This document shows positions 1 to 9,272 of a stretch of DNA of 38,268 bases, in pieces. This stretch comes from Candidatus Bathyarchaeota archaeon (GTDB lineage: Archaea; Thermoproteota; Bathyarchaeia; Bathyarchaeales; Bathyarchaeaceae): the NCBI GenBank assembly GCA_020346825.1, contig CP070791.1:1128887-1167154 (forward strand), read 5' to 3'. A program made the translations under genes and the position numbers. The notes below the pieces were generated by a model. That model was not told the origin of the DNA, did not search any database, and was given only the letters and a program-made list of their open reading frames with translations. Every line of letters starts with the position of its first letter. The stretch's first letter is position 1.

Positions 1-696
1 TAACAAAGCTTTCTCTTCTATGATGCCCCCTCTTGCCGTGTTTATCAAGTAAGCTCCATCCTTCATTTTACCAATCTCACTTTTTCCAATCAATCCCCTA
101 GTTTCGTCGGTTAAAGGAGCGTGTATAGTTATAAAATCCGCTGTTTTCAGAAGTGTATCCAAGTCTACAACAACTTCATTTTCTTTAACGTAAGGGTCGT
201 AAGCAATAACATTGATTCCAAGCGCAGAAGCCATTCTATCCACTTCCTTTCCGATCCGGCCATAGCCAATTATGCCCAGAGTCTTGCCCTTTATGCGACA
301 GCCCTTCAACGCTTTCTTCTTCCATTCTCCTCGCTTCATCGATCTGTCTCCTTCTACAAGATTTGTGGAGTGCGCTAAGATGAAAGCGATAACTCCCTGC
401 GCAAGGTCGTAGGATTGAACGGGAACGTTATGAAAGCGTATCCCTTTTTCTTCTAAATAGTCCAAATCTACGTGATCTGTGCCATGGGTGGCACTTATTA
501 CACAACTTAAACTCTGCATTCTGTCAACTAGTCTTTTGTTAACCTTAGTTTTACTTCTAATTACAAGGATGGTGATATCGTCTAGTTGAACAGCCTCATC
601 ATTGGCAGATGCTCTGACAACCTCTCCCCACTTGGTTAGTTCATCAAAGAATTTCTCGCCGTAATTTCCAGCTACTAAGATCTTGTGTCTGTCCAT
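1..696 (-). CDS. D-isomer-specific 2-hydroxyacid dehydrogenase (phosphoglycerate dehydrogenase-like); C-terminal end cut by window edge
   Basis: It is absent from the ORF track because it runs off the window. Reverse translation from the ATG (complement of 694-696) reads MDRHKILVAGNYGEKFFDEL ... CRIKGKTLGIIGYGRIGKEV ... ITIHAPLTDETRGLI. That gives the GxGxxG NAD fold and the family-typical layout. Confidence 0.85.
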   Translation of the reverse strand, partial: MDRHKILVAGNYGEKFFDELTKWGEVVRASANDEAVQLDDITILVIRSKTKVNKRLVDRMQSLSCVISATHGTDHVDLDYLEEKGIRFHNVPVQSYDLAQGVIAFILAHSTNLVEGDRSMKRGEWKKKALKGCRIKGKTLGIIGYGRIGKEVDRMASALGINVIAYDPYVKENEVVVDLDTLLKTADFITIHAPLTDETRGLIGKSEIGKMKDGAYLINTARGGIIEEKALL

Positions 697-830
697 CTAT
701 GTCGCCCGGTACATGGAGCCAATCTCGTGGTCTCCACACCTACTTAGCATGTGTCCATATTAAGATTGTGTGAATAGTTTTTTTTGGTTGTGTGAGATCT
801 TTGTTTCTTGGTATGTGCCAAAAAAAACGC

Positions 831-842
831 TTATAAATTTTT
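831..842 (+). promoter_or_regulatory. TATA-box-like element upstream of the 867-2946 operon
   Basis: TTATAAATTTTT follows an A-rich BRE-like AAAAAAACGC. It lies about 25-35 nt upstream of the ATG at 867, which implies a very short leader. Confidence 0.4.
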
Positions 843-866
843 GCAGAGCACTAATTCACGGTAAAA

Positions 867-1091
867 ATGTCTTTAGAAGGATTTAGCGAGTACAAACGGA
901 GAGAATTCTGCAACGATATAAGATGCCCTGTGCAGATGGAGCTAAATAAACAAATGGAAAAATCAGGAGAATACGAGAGAATCAGACAAACATGTAGAAA
1001 GGGGTGCAGATACACCACGTGGCAGTTTCACCACTGGCTCATGGAGAAAGGTTATTTGATTCTGAAACGAAAAGCTTTTGGAGGGAAATAA
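867..1091 (+). CDS. small Cys-rich hypothetical protein (74 aa; CX4C...CX3C)
   Basis: The ORF has an ATG start and ends 3 nt before the aldolase start, on the same strand. Four cysteines (FCNDIRC ... CRKGC) suggest a metal site. I do not recognise a family. Confidence 0.55.
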   Translation: MSLEGFSEYKRREFCNDIRCPVQMELNKQMEKSGEYERIRQTCRKGCRYTTWQFHHWLMEKGYLILKRKAFGGK

Positions 1092-1094
1092 GAG

Positions 1095-1892
1095 ATGGAG
1101 TGGGGAATTAGGAACAGGTTGGCTCAACTAATACAAAAGGATGGTAGAGCTCTTTTTCTACCTATAGATCATGGGTACTTCCAAGGACCAACCCGGAAAC
1201 TGGAAAAACCTGGCGAAACCATAAAACCTTTGTTACCTTATGCAGACGCTATAATGCTGACAAGAGGCGTTTTGAGAAACTGTGTGGACCCAGTTGACAC
1301 AAAACCGGTAATACTACGCGTTTCAGGTGGAACGAGTGTCGTGGGAGAAGATCTAGCCAATGAAGGACTGATAACATCAATCATGGAAATTGTCAGGCTA
1401 AACGCCAGCGCCGTTTCGATGTCCGTGTTTGTGGGAAGCAAGTACGAACATCAAAGTCTCATAAACTTGGCAAGGCTTGTAGACGAGTGTGAAGACTACG
1501 GAATACCTGTGATGGCAGTAACAGCGGTGGGAAGAGAACTTGAAAAAAGAGAAGCGAGGTATCTAGCGTTGTGTTGCCGAATAGCTGCAGAGCTAGGTGC
1601 TAGAGTGGTGAAAACCTACTACTGCTCAGAAGACTTCCACAAAGTTGTCGAAGGATGCCCAGTGCCAGTAGTAATCGCAGGAGGACCCAAAGTAGACTCA
1701 GAACTGGAGGTGTTCGAATTTGTCTATGACGGCATACAGAGAGGCGCCATCGGGGTGAACCTTGGAAGAAACGTTTGGCAGTCAGAATACCCAGTAGCCA
1801 TGATCCGTGCAATAAGGGGCATAATCCACGAGAATTGCAAGCCGAAAGAAGCTCAAGACTTGTTCCAGCAGGTAAAAGCAGGAAAAGACTAG
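1095..1892 (+). CDS. class I aldolase of the DhnA/FbaB family (archaeal FBP aldolase / ADH synthase AroA'-like / LsrF-like)
   Basis: The 265-aa product has LPIDHG, the Schiff-base lysine context ARVVKTYY, and GCPVPVVIAGGPK...GVNLGRNVWQ...IIHEN. The pattern closely matches my recollection of the M. jannaschii ADH synthase/FbaB family. Confidence 0.85.
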   Translation: MEWGIRNRLAQLIQKDGRALFLPIDHGYFQGPTRKLEKPGETIKPLLPYADAIMLTRGVLRNCVDPVDTKPVILRVSGGTSVVGEDLANEGLITSIMEIVRLNASAVSMSVFVGSKYEHQSLINLARLVDECEDYGIPVMAVTAVGRELEKREARYLALCCRIAAELGARVVKTYYCSEDFHKVVEGCPVPVVIAGGPKVDSELEVFEFVYDGIQRGAIGVNLGRNVWQSEYPVAMIRAIRGIIHENCKPKEAQDLFQQVKAGKD

Positions 1893-1917
1893 TGACTCCG
1901 CGTTTCCAGGTGAAACT

Positions 1918-2946
1918 ATGCTTGTAGCGGTATACTACAACAACAGAGATATAAGAATCCAAGAAATGGCTAAACCAGAAATCGCTTCTGATGAGATCCT
2001 AGTAAAGGTCATGGCTTGTGGCATATGTGGAAGCGACGTACTAGAGTGGTACAGAGCCGCAAAGGCTCCGAGAGTCTTGGGGCATGAAGCCACAGGAATC
2101 ATACAGAAGATTGGAGAAAAGGCAACACGATACAAAGTTGGAGATAGAGTTTTCGTATCGCATCATGTACCATGCAACAAATGTCAATATTGTCTAAAAG
2201 GGCACCACACGGCCTGCGAAACTCTACACACAACAAACTACGATCCGGGAGGATTATCTCAATACATACGCGTGGCAAAAATCAACGTCGAACGTGGTGT
2301 ATACAAACTACCATCAGACATGTCCTATCAAGATGGAACCTTCATTGAACCCCTTGCATGCGCAATCCGAGGCCAACGGCTTGCAGCAATCCAAAAAGAG
2401 GACACGTTGCTAGTAATTGGAAGCGGAATATCGGGAATACTGCACATTCAGCTAGCAAAACTGAAGGGGGTCCAAAGAATAGTTGCAGCAGACATAAACC
2501 CATGCCGCTTGAAGCTAGCTGCACAATTTGGAGCTTGCCACACGATAAATGCGAAAGAAAACCTTCCCCAAAAACTAAGAGAAATAAATGATGGAAAACC
2601 AGCAGACCAAGTAGTGATATGCACAGTAGCAAAACAAGCAGCCCTAGCAAGTTTTGAATGCGTCGACAGAGGCGGAACAATCCTGTTTTTTGCCGCGCCG
2701 GATCCCACAGTAAACGTTCCAGTACCTTTCACTCAATTCTGGAGAAACGAAATAACCATAAAAACCTCCTATGGCGCAGCACCCTACGATCTGGAGGAAT
2801 CTCTGGAGATTCTAGCGCAGAAGAAAGTAAACGTAACAGATATGATAACTCACCGATTAGGCCTTCTGCAGACAGCAGAAGGTTTCAAACTCGTGGCAGA
2901 TGCAAGCAAATCCCTAAAGGTAATTATTGAACCCAACAGGGTTTAG
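1918..2946 (+). CDS. zinc-dependent alcohol dehydrogenase (MDR superfamily; threonine/sorbitol dehydrogenase-like)
   Basis: The 342-aa product has CGICGSD, GHEATG, the structural-Zn cysteines CNKCQYC, and the Rossmann motif VIGSGISG. Confidence 0.88.
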   Translation: MLVAVYYNNRDIRIQEMAKPEIASDEILVKVMACGICGSDVLEWYRAAKAPRVLGHEATGIIQKIGEKATRYKVGDRVFVSHHVPCNKCQYCLKGHHTACETLHTTNYDPGGLSQYIRVAKINVERGVYKLPSDMSYQDGTFIEPLACAIRGQRLAAIQKEDTLLVIGSGISGILHIQLAKLKGVQRIVAADINPCRLKLAAQFGACHTINAKENLPQKLREINDGKPADQVVICTVAKQAALASFECVDRGGTILFFAAPDPTVNVPVPFTQFWRNEITIKTSYGAAPYDLEESLEILAQKKVNVTDMITHRLGLLQTAEGFKLVADASKSLKVIIEPNRV

Positions 2947-3078
2947 TCATGCGCCCGCGCATGTTACCTGCTAATACCCAGTGTCATTCTTCTATGTATT
3001 TCCTTGAGATTATGGATAGTAGCCCGCTTCTCAACGGCAAATGATAACCGCGAGATTAACCGCGACCACGAAAACGTA

Positions 3079-3357
3079 TTACGCTACGAGAAAAGAGGGT
3101 ATTATAGTGAAAACCTTGCGTACGATTTGCCCTCCATGGGAACCAACTGCTTTCTTAGCTATTACATATAAAGCTCCAAAGACTAATACCAAACCAATCT
3201 TAATCCAAGCGTAAAGAAAGATTCGTATTTGCCCCCAAAGATGCAGCGTAACTGGGTTGACTTCGTACAATGGCGAAGTTGTCGCTATATCAAGGATATT
3301 CAATAGGAAGAGCGGCGTAAACCAAACTTCAAGAGACGATAACGATAACCACTTCAT
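3079..3357 (-). CDS. small membrane protein, DUF5658-like
   Basis: The hydrophobic ORF has LNILDIATTSPLYEVNPV, matching the D..tT...E.NP pattern I associate with DUF5658. I prefer the ATG at 3357. The ORF could extend to a GTG at 3405. Confidence 0.55.
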   Translation of the reverse strand: MKWLSLSSLEVWFTPLFLLNILDIATTSPLYEVNPVTLHLWGQIRIFLYAWIKIGLVLVFGALYVIAKKAVGSHGGQIVRKVFTIIPSFLVA

Positions 3358-3513
3358 TTTCAGCTTCAAGCTATGGCCTCTTGAGCAATTAGTCAGTATT
3401 CCCACCTACGTTAGGAAATCGTATTCGTGTGCACACCAATATATTCGCATTCTTAAGTGAGAAAGGATTTTAGTGAGAAACATAGTCTATGGTTTTGTTG
3501 TGAAGGTGTGCTG

Positions 3514-5139
3514 ATGGCTAAGTTTATTTTTGTGACTGGGGGCGTGCTTTCTTCCGTCGGAAAGGGCATTGTCACTTCTTCTATTGGCAAGATGCTGCAG
3601 GTTAGGGGCTTCAAGGTTACGGTCATAAAGATAGATCCTTATGTAAACGTTGACGCGGGAACCATGAATCCTTACATCCATGGCGAAGTCTATGTTACGG
3701 ACGATGGAGGCGAAACAGACCTTGACCTCGGTGGATATGAAAGATTCCTAAACCTCAATCTACCCAAGGACAATAATATCACAACTGGGCAAATATATCA
3801 AACAGTCATCAACAAGGAACGGCGGGGCGACTTTCTAGGCAGATGTGTTCAGATAGTTCCTCACGTCACTGACGAGATTAAGCGTCGCGTTCGTATGGTT
3901 GCTGAACGGTCGAAGGTCGACGTTGTTTTGACAGAATGTGGAGGAACTGTTGGGGACATAGAAGGATTGCCTTTCCTCGAAGCGATCCGTCAGATGCGCC
4001 TAGAAGAAGGGTTTGACAACACGCTTTACGTTCATATTGCCCTTGTTCCGATCTTGGATGTCACAGGTGAAATGAAAACTAAGCCGCTCCAGCACAGCGT
4101 AAACGAGTTACGTCGCATAGGCATCCAACCAGATACAATCGTTGCCAGATGCAGGAAAATGATCGATTCCGAAGCTCTTCGGAAAGTAGCGCTTTTTGGC
4201 ACGATTCCCGAAAACGCAGTTTTTTGCTCCTACAACGTTCCATCCATCTATCAGGTTCCTTTAGTCTTGGATGAACAAGGTATGGGCAATTATGTATGCA
4301 AACGACTGCTTCTTCCAGAACGAAATCCCCAATGGAGTGAATGGAAAGAGTTTGTAAACTCTTTTGAAAACCCACAGTTTGAAGTTAAAATAGCGTTGGT
4401 TGGCAAATACGCAGGCTTAGTTGATAGTTACGTGAGTATGAACGAAGCTTTTCGACATGCCGGGGCTGCCTGTCAAACACAAGTGTTGATAGATTACATT
4501 GAAGCAGAAGATTTGGAGAAGACTCGGAGCAAATTGAAACTTCTAGAAGAATATGACGGAATCTTTATTCCCTACGGGTTTGGCTCCCGGGGAACTGAAG
4601 GAAAAATGAAGGCAATTCGTTTTTCCCGCGAAAATGACCTGCCTTTTCTAGGAGTTTGTTATGGTTTTCAGTTGGCGGTCGTTGAATTCGCACGCAACGT
4701 TTGCGAACTGAAGGAGGCTTACAGCACCGAAGTTAACCCCGAGGCTCTACATCCTGTGATCGACCTGATGCCAGAACAAAGGGGCGTCAAACGTAAAGGG
4801 GCGACTATGCGTTTAGGCGCACACAAGATCATAATTAAGACGGGGACGTTAGCACATAGACTCTACGGCGCTGAAGAGATCTATGAGCGCCATCGCCACC
4901 GATGGGAAGTGAATCAAGATTATTGGAAAACCCTAGAGAAGCACGGATTGGTCTTCTCTGGCAAGAGTCCTGACGGCAGAAGAATGGAGATTCTGGAATT
5001 GCCTGACAGATATTTCTTCTTTGCCTCCCAGTTCCACGGAGAATTCAAAAGTAGACCTGGAAAGCCTGATCCAGAATACTACGGTTTTGTCAAGGCATGC
5101 CTAGACAAGAAAAAGAGAAAAGCAAAACCAGAATTCTAG
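3514..5139 (+). CDS. pyrG: CTP synthase
   Basis: [18 protein letters not shown] is the canonical N-terminus, and the GATase motif is LGVCYGFQ with HRHRWEVN. I chose the ATG at 3514. The ORF track begins at an upstream GTG at 3457. Confidence 0.95.
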   Translation: MAKFIFVTGGVLSSVGKGIVTSSIGKMLQVRGFKVTVIKIDPYVNVDAGTMNPYIHGEVYVTDDGGETDLDLGGYERFLNLNLPKDNNITTGQIYQTVINKERRGDFLGRCVQIVPHVTDEIKRRVRMVAERSKVDVVLTECGGTVGDIEGLPFLEAIRQMRLEEGFDNTLYVHIALVPILDVTGEMKTKPLQHSVNELRRIGIQPDTIVARCRKMIDSEALRKVALFGTIPENAVFCSYNVPSIYQVPLVLDEQGMGNYVCKRLLLPERNPQWSEWKEFVNSFENPQFEVKIALVGKYAGLVDSYVSMNEAFRHAGAACQTQVLIDYIEAEDLEKTRSKLKLLEEYDGIFIPYGFGSRGTEGKMKAIRFSRENDLPFLGVCYGFQLAVVEFARNVCELKEAYSTEVNPEALHPVIDLMPEQRGVKRKGATMRLGAHKIIIKTGTLAHRLYGAEEIYERHRHRWEVNQDYWKTLEKHGLVFSGKSPDGRRMEILELPDRYFFFASQFHGEFKSRPGKPDPEYYGFVKACLDKKKRKAKPEF

Positions 5140-5191
5140 GTGACGCGAGTAATTCTTGAGCTACCTTAAATCTCCGTGAATTGAAAACTTG

Positions 5192-6049
5192 ATGGGGCGC
5201 GCTTTGGTGCACATTGTTGTTTCCAAATATGGGAAAATCGACAATGAAGAAGTGTCTAAAGTTTTTGAGGCAATGGAAGAGTGTTATAGCCAACTGGCTC
5301 CACATGATGTTTCTCTCGTCGATTTATACCTGTTTGAACGATCTTCTTCGGTTATAGCCTTTTTTGCAAAAGAGTACCGAAAATTCGGAGTTGTTTCCGC
5401 GCACTTCGATGAACGATTTTTCGCTATGCACGATGCTTGGCGGGGGATCCCTCGAATCACCCTCTCCTTCGAGAAAATGAAGGAGTTGCCAGAGCTAGTT
5501 AGAATCGGAGGAATCCGTCATGAGGTAGGGCACTCGGTCCTGCATGGCAATCTACGTTATTATATTCTTTCAGCTCCTCCTGCTCTTCTGGAGATTGCTG
5601 ATCGCTTCAACCTCTCCTTTGAGTGTGTGACAAACCTGCTTTATCTGGTGTCTATCGCGGTAAAAGATTACGAGGTGACTCGCCTTCTTCATCAGCGAGG
5701 TTATATTGAAGACCAAATAAACTACGCGAAACATTTGTTACAGGTTTCTGAAGAGGAACGGCTTTCATGGGAGCTATCACGAGGTAAGCCGGCGGCTGAA
5801 GCCCTGTGCTTGATCTCCTATTTAAAAACTGGCGGGTGTGCTGTCCCTTTTTTGCTTGACAAGAAGTTTGGCGAAGAAATGAAGCAGCGTCTTATGGAAA
5901 GTCGATCTTACCTCCCTTCAGACCGCTCAGCTCTTCTTTTGAAGGTGATTGAGGAAGGGTTCACCTCTTTGGAAACAGATACTTTAGAAAATGTTGCTCT
6001 AATGACAGGTAAATGTAAGCCCATTTTTGAAGCAGTATTCAACAGATAG
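5192..6049 (+). CDS. hypothetical protein with an HExxH motif (putative zinc metallopeptidase-like)
   Basis: The ORF is 285 aa with a single HExxH in GGIRHEVGHSVLHG. I see no signal peptide or TM segment and recognise no family. Confidence 0.6.
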   Translation: MGRALVHIVVSKYGKIDNEEVSKVFEAMEECYSQLAPHDVSLVDLYLFERSSSVIAFFAKEYRKFGVVSAHFDERFFAMHDAWRGIPRITLSFEKMKELPELVRIGGIRHEVGHSVLHGNLRYYILSAPPALLEIADRFNLSFECVTNLLYLVSIAVKDYEVTRLLHQRGYIEDQINYAKHLLQVSEEERLSWELSRGKPAAEALCLISYLKTGGCAVPFLLDKKFGEEMKQRLMESRSYLPSDRSALLLKVIEEGFTSLETDTLENVALMTGKCKPIFEAVFNR

Positions 6050-6229
6050 ACTAGAAAGTCAGGCAAAGGATAACATGCGTGCAGGGTGGATTGGGCGGAG
6101 CGTTGGCAGAAGTTCCGGGAAACATATCGCGCGCGCCTTTTAGGAATTCTCATAGCCGTTGTTTTACGAAGAAGACGGCCTGAGATCCTGAAACAATGAA
6201 CATTGTTTGGAAAAGGTTCGGGCATTCTT

Positions 6230-7252
6230 TCATTTGTCTGTGAGTTGTTTTGCAAGGGCAGCCCAGAGATGGTCACTAGCCGGCCTGACCAAATTGATTA
6301 GTACTCCTTTCTTCGTGATCATTTTTCTTCCTAGGCTGTGTTTTGTTACCTCGCCTATTACCGATGCGCAGATGTCGTTTTGCGACAATTCACATAGGAT
6401 TTCTTCTGTCTTCTCTTCCTTGGCTACTATGAGCAATGACCCGGAGCTAATGAGTTGAAGAGGATCTATTTCGAAGTATGCACATATCCTTCTTGTTTCC
6501 TCAGGAACCGAGATTCTTTCTTCGTATACTTTAAAGCCAACGTTTGCGGCGTCAGCTAATTCATGTAACCCACCGGCCACTCCTCCTTCTGTTGGGTCGT
6601 GCATCGCTGAAACTCCACCTGTCTTAAATGCCTTGATGGCGTCGTTAACCACGCTGATCTTTTCAAAGAATCGCGTAGCTCTTTTGACGAAGCTTTCATC
6701 GAATGCTTTGAGAAGCTCCCGTCTCCGGTCCGAAGCCAATATGGCGGTTCCTTCTATTCCAGACCCTTTGGTCAGAATGATCTTGTTTCCTATCTTCGCT
6801 CCGCTGGAGGTCACAAATTTTCCGTCTTCTGCCACACCCATGGCGTAACCAGTTACGATCGAGTGTTCTAAGCCTAGCGTAATTTCGCAGTGACCCCCTA
6901 TAATGGCTATGTTCAATTGATCCGCAGCTTTGCTCATTTGACTGCAAATTTTGTCAATAAGTTCTTCTTTCGAATCTCTATGTAGAAGTATGCTGGAAGT
7001 AAACCATCGAGGTTGAACCCCGCATGTCGCAACATCGTTTGCGCTAACATTTACGGCTAACCACCCCAACCACTCTTCTGCTCCGGTTATCGGATCAGCC
7101 GCCATCACGAGAATTTCTTTCCCAGCCTTGACTATGGCTGCGTCTTCGCCGATGGAAGGGCCAAGAATAACATCGTCTCTTTTTGTTCCTAGACGTTTGA
7201 ACACTATCTTTTGCAAAACTTCTGTTGGCACCTTACCTGGAAGAAAATCCAT
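6230..7252 (-). CDS. AIR synthase-related (PurM/HypE/ThiL-like) protein
   Basis: MDFLPGKVPTEVLQKIV...GEDAAIV...LVMAADPITGA is typical of the PurM-like ATP-binding fold. It lacks the HypE C-terminal PRIC motif. I chose the ATG at 7252; the track uses a GTG at 7258. Confidence 0.8.
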   Translation of the reverse strand: MDFLPGKVPTEVLQKIVFKRLGTKRDDVILGPSIGEDAAIVKAGKEILVMAADPITGAEEWLGWLAVNVSANDVATCGVQPRWFTSSILLHRDSKEELIDKICSQMSKAADQLNIAIIGGHCEITLGLEHSIVTGYAMGVAEDGKFVTSSGAKIGNKIILTKGSGIEGTAILASDRRRELLKAFDESFVKRATRFFEKISVVNDAIKAFKTGGVSAMHDPTEGGVAGGLHELADAANVGFKVYEERISVPEETRRICAYFEIDPLQLISSGSLLIVAKEEKTEEILCELSQNDICASVIGEVTKHSLGRKMITKKGVLINLVRPASDHLWAALAKQLTDK

Positions 7253-7347
7253 TTTCACTCCTGCTCTTTGTATATTTCAAGAGCTTTAAAGAGATTAAGG
7301 TATATCTTTCTCTCTATACAGAACAGAGAGCAGAAGGCGAGTTTGCT

Positions 7348-8106
7348 TTGAACGTTCCAACAAATTTAGTGTTCACTGCAAAGGATGTTGCTAAGGCGGT
7401 TCAAAATGGAGATGTAATCATCGTTATCGATGCCTTTAGATGCAGTTCCACCATTGTTACAGCCTTGGCGAACGGTGCTGAAGGAGTGATTCCAACAAGA
7501 ACTGTCAAAGAAGCTCGTAGGCTTCATGAGAAGCACCCCGAGTTTATATTAGCTGGCGAGAGGAGGGGAATCAAACCAAGAGGATTCGATTTAGGAAACT
7601 CTCCGCTTGAATTCATTCCTCAAAAGGTCAGGAAAAAATACGTAATTTTGACTACCACAAGCGGCACAAAAGCCATAATTTCATCCAAAAACGCGAAGCA
7701 CGTATTGACTGGGTCCTTTTTAAACGCTGAAGCTACTGCAAAAGCCGCTCTAGAGATTGCCCAGCAATCAAAGACTGGAATCTCTGTTCTCCCAGCAGGA
7801 ACGAATGGACGCTTTTCTCTAGAAGATTTCATTTGCGCCGGAGCAATTGCTGAGAATTTTCTAGTAAACAATTTTGAACACTCAGACGCTGTTTCGGCGG
7901 CATCCTTAGCTTTTCAACGGGTACGCACATCACTGGACAGAGTACTTCAATCTGGACAACACGCACGATATCTCACAAGCCAAGGATTCAAGGAAGATGT
8001 GAAATTCTGCTCACAATTAAACGTCTTCAGAATTGTTCCTTCTTTGAAAGGGGAGACCGTCATCCCTCTAAATGAATCGTCTTTATCTCATCGACATGAG
8101 TCTTAG
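7348..8106 (+). CDS. comB: 2-phosphosulfolactate phosphatase (ComB family)
   Basis: VIIVIDAFRCSSTIVTALANGAEGVIP and GERRGIKPRGFDLGNSP are ComB hallmarks. The start is uncertain. TTG 7225 would overlap the divergent neighbour's start, so I prefer TTG 7348 (or GTG 7369). Confidence 0.8.
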   Translation: MNVPTNLVFTAKDVAKAVQNGDVIIVIDAFRCSSTIVTALANGAEGVIPTRTVKEARRLHEKHPEFILAGERRGIKPRGFDLGNSPLEFIPQKVRKKYVILTTTSGTKAIISSKNAKHVLTGSFLNAEATAKAALEIAQQSKTGISVLPAGTNGRFSLEDFICAGAIAENFLVNNFEHSDAVSAASLAFQRVRTSLDRVLQSGQHARYLTSQGFKEDVKFCSQLNVFRIVPSLKGETVIPLNESSLSHRHES

Positions 8107-9126
8107 TTTCAACCTGAAATCCTGCAAGGTGGGTTGAACGTCATTTCTTATGAAGCCTTTGTCTATAAGTTCAAAATCCCTTACGCGTCTCCTAGACTGT
8201 ATCAACACCCTCTTCACCCATATGCTTCTGAATCCTGTCATTGAGCTTAGCAATCCTTTCAGGGTTGCTTTGGCTTCACTCGACTTCTTCAAAACAAGAA
8301 AGCCAACCGAAACCATGGACATTAGAAAACTCAAAACCAAGAATCTCCACCAAAGATTTCTAAACTCAAAGTTCTTTAACAGAGTGCATATCCGGTTCTT
8401 GGCAGAATGATAAACGGTATTTTGGTCAATTCCCCTCATGACGCTGCCGTGATGGACTATAACCGAGGACGGTACGAGGAGTACTCTGTATCCAAGCAAT
8501 CTTGCTCGGAGAGAAAGGTCGGTATCATCATCGTAAATGAAGTAGTCTGAGTCGAAGCCTCCAACTTCATAAAAAACGTCTCTATTGACTATGCAACAAC
8601 CGGATGATGCAGCCAAAATCTCAAAATTCTCTTCGAGTTCCTCTTCTTTCAAACCATAAGTTGCAGTCCAAGTTCCAAGCGCATCGATACCCATGCAAAC
8701 ATAGTCTAGCCGACGCGGGTCTTCAGCCAATACAACTTTTGCCTGCGCAACGCCAATGGACTCGTCGCTTTCCATAACTCTGACTAATTCCCAAAGCCAA
8801 TCTTCATCCTTTGGTTCTGTGTCACTATCCAAGAAAACAAAATATCTCCCTTTGGCTTCTCGCGCCCCAATGTTGCAGCCCTCAGCATGCCCCAAGTTCT
8901 CTTGATTTTCAACAATCTTCAACTTGGAATGTACGCCGAACATCTTTTCTAACGAACGTACGCTTCCGTCTGTCGAAGCATTGTCAACAACGATGATCTC
9001 AAAGTTGGGGTATTTGGTAGCTAAGAGAGCCCCTACGCAAGATTCCAAGAGTTCTTTTCCATTGAAGTTAACAATTATGGTTGAAACCGAAGGACAATGC
9101 TCATCCTTCTTAAGCATAGTTGCCAT
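8083..9126 (-). CDS. family 2 glycosyltransferase
   Basis: VSTIIVNFNG...IIVVDNASTDGS...FLDSDT is a GT-A fold with a DxD motif, followed by a C-terminal TM segment. Its 3' end overlaps the convergent comB gene by 24 nt. Confidence 0.88.
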   Translation of the reverse strand: MATMLKKDEHCPSVSTIIVNFNGKELLESCVGALLATKYPNFEIIVVDNASTDGSVRSLEKMFGVHSKLKIVENQENLGHAEGCNIGAREAKGRYFVFLDSDTEPKDEDWLWELVRVMESDESIGVAQAKVVLAEDPRRLDYVCMGIDALGTWTATYGLKEEELEENFEILAASSGCCIVNRDVFYEVGGFDSDYFIYDDDTDLSLRARLLGYRVLLVPSSVIVHHGSVMRGIDQNTVYHSAKNRICTLLKNFEFRNLWWRFLVLSFLMSMVSVGFLVLKKSSEAKATLKGLLSSMTGFRSIWVKRVLIQSRRRVRDFELIDKGFIRNDVQPTLQDFRLKLRLMSMR

Positions 9127-9272
9127 CAATTACGGGATCCTCGGTCTTGCTCCAAGTTTTGTTTACCTGCAAGGTTCTAAAACTTGTTGATTTGGCTGAC
9201 TTAAAGCCTTTTTTACGCAAAAAATAAATTGGGTGGGGTCGCTTCCTACCAAATGTGGACGAAGCGATAGTA

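Noticed and set aside
1600-2732. Several antisense or alternate-frame ORFs inside the aldolase and ADH genes (for example 1600-1962, 2342-2680, 2358-2591, 2448-2732)
   Set aside because: These are shadow ORFs of strongly supported genes with low-complexity translations. The same reasoning applies to ORFs nested in pyrG, DP2 (for example 23923-24309), DP1, hflX, the GT2 genes and others.
2948-2963. Perfect or near-perfect palindromes after convergent or terminal genes: CATGCGC-CC-GCGCATG (2948-2963), AAACAATG-AA-CATTGTTT (6191-6208), GCATGCGCATGC (13566-13577)
   Set aside because: These are short isolated hairpins at 3' ends. They are plausible transcript-end structures or chance. None is repeated elsewhere in the window, so I do not list them as features.
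7225-7347. The long N-terminal extension of comB from TTG 7225
   Set aside because: It would overlap the divergently transcribed AIR-synthase-like gene start by 34 nt. It also encodes a low-complexity, hydrophobic peptide unlike ComB N-termini. I prefer an internal TTG or GTG start, but this is not proven.
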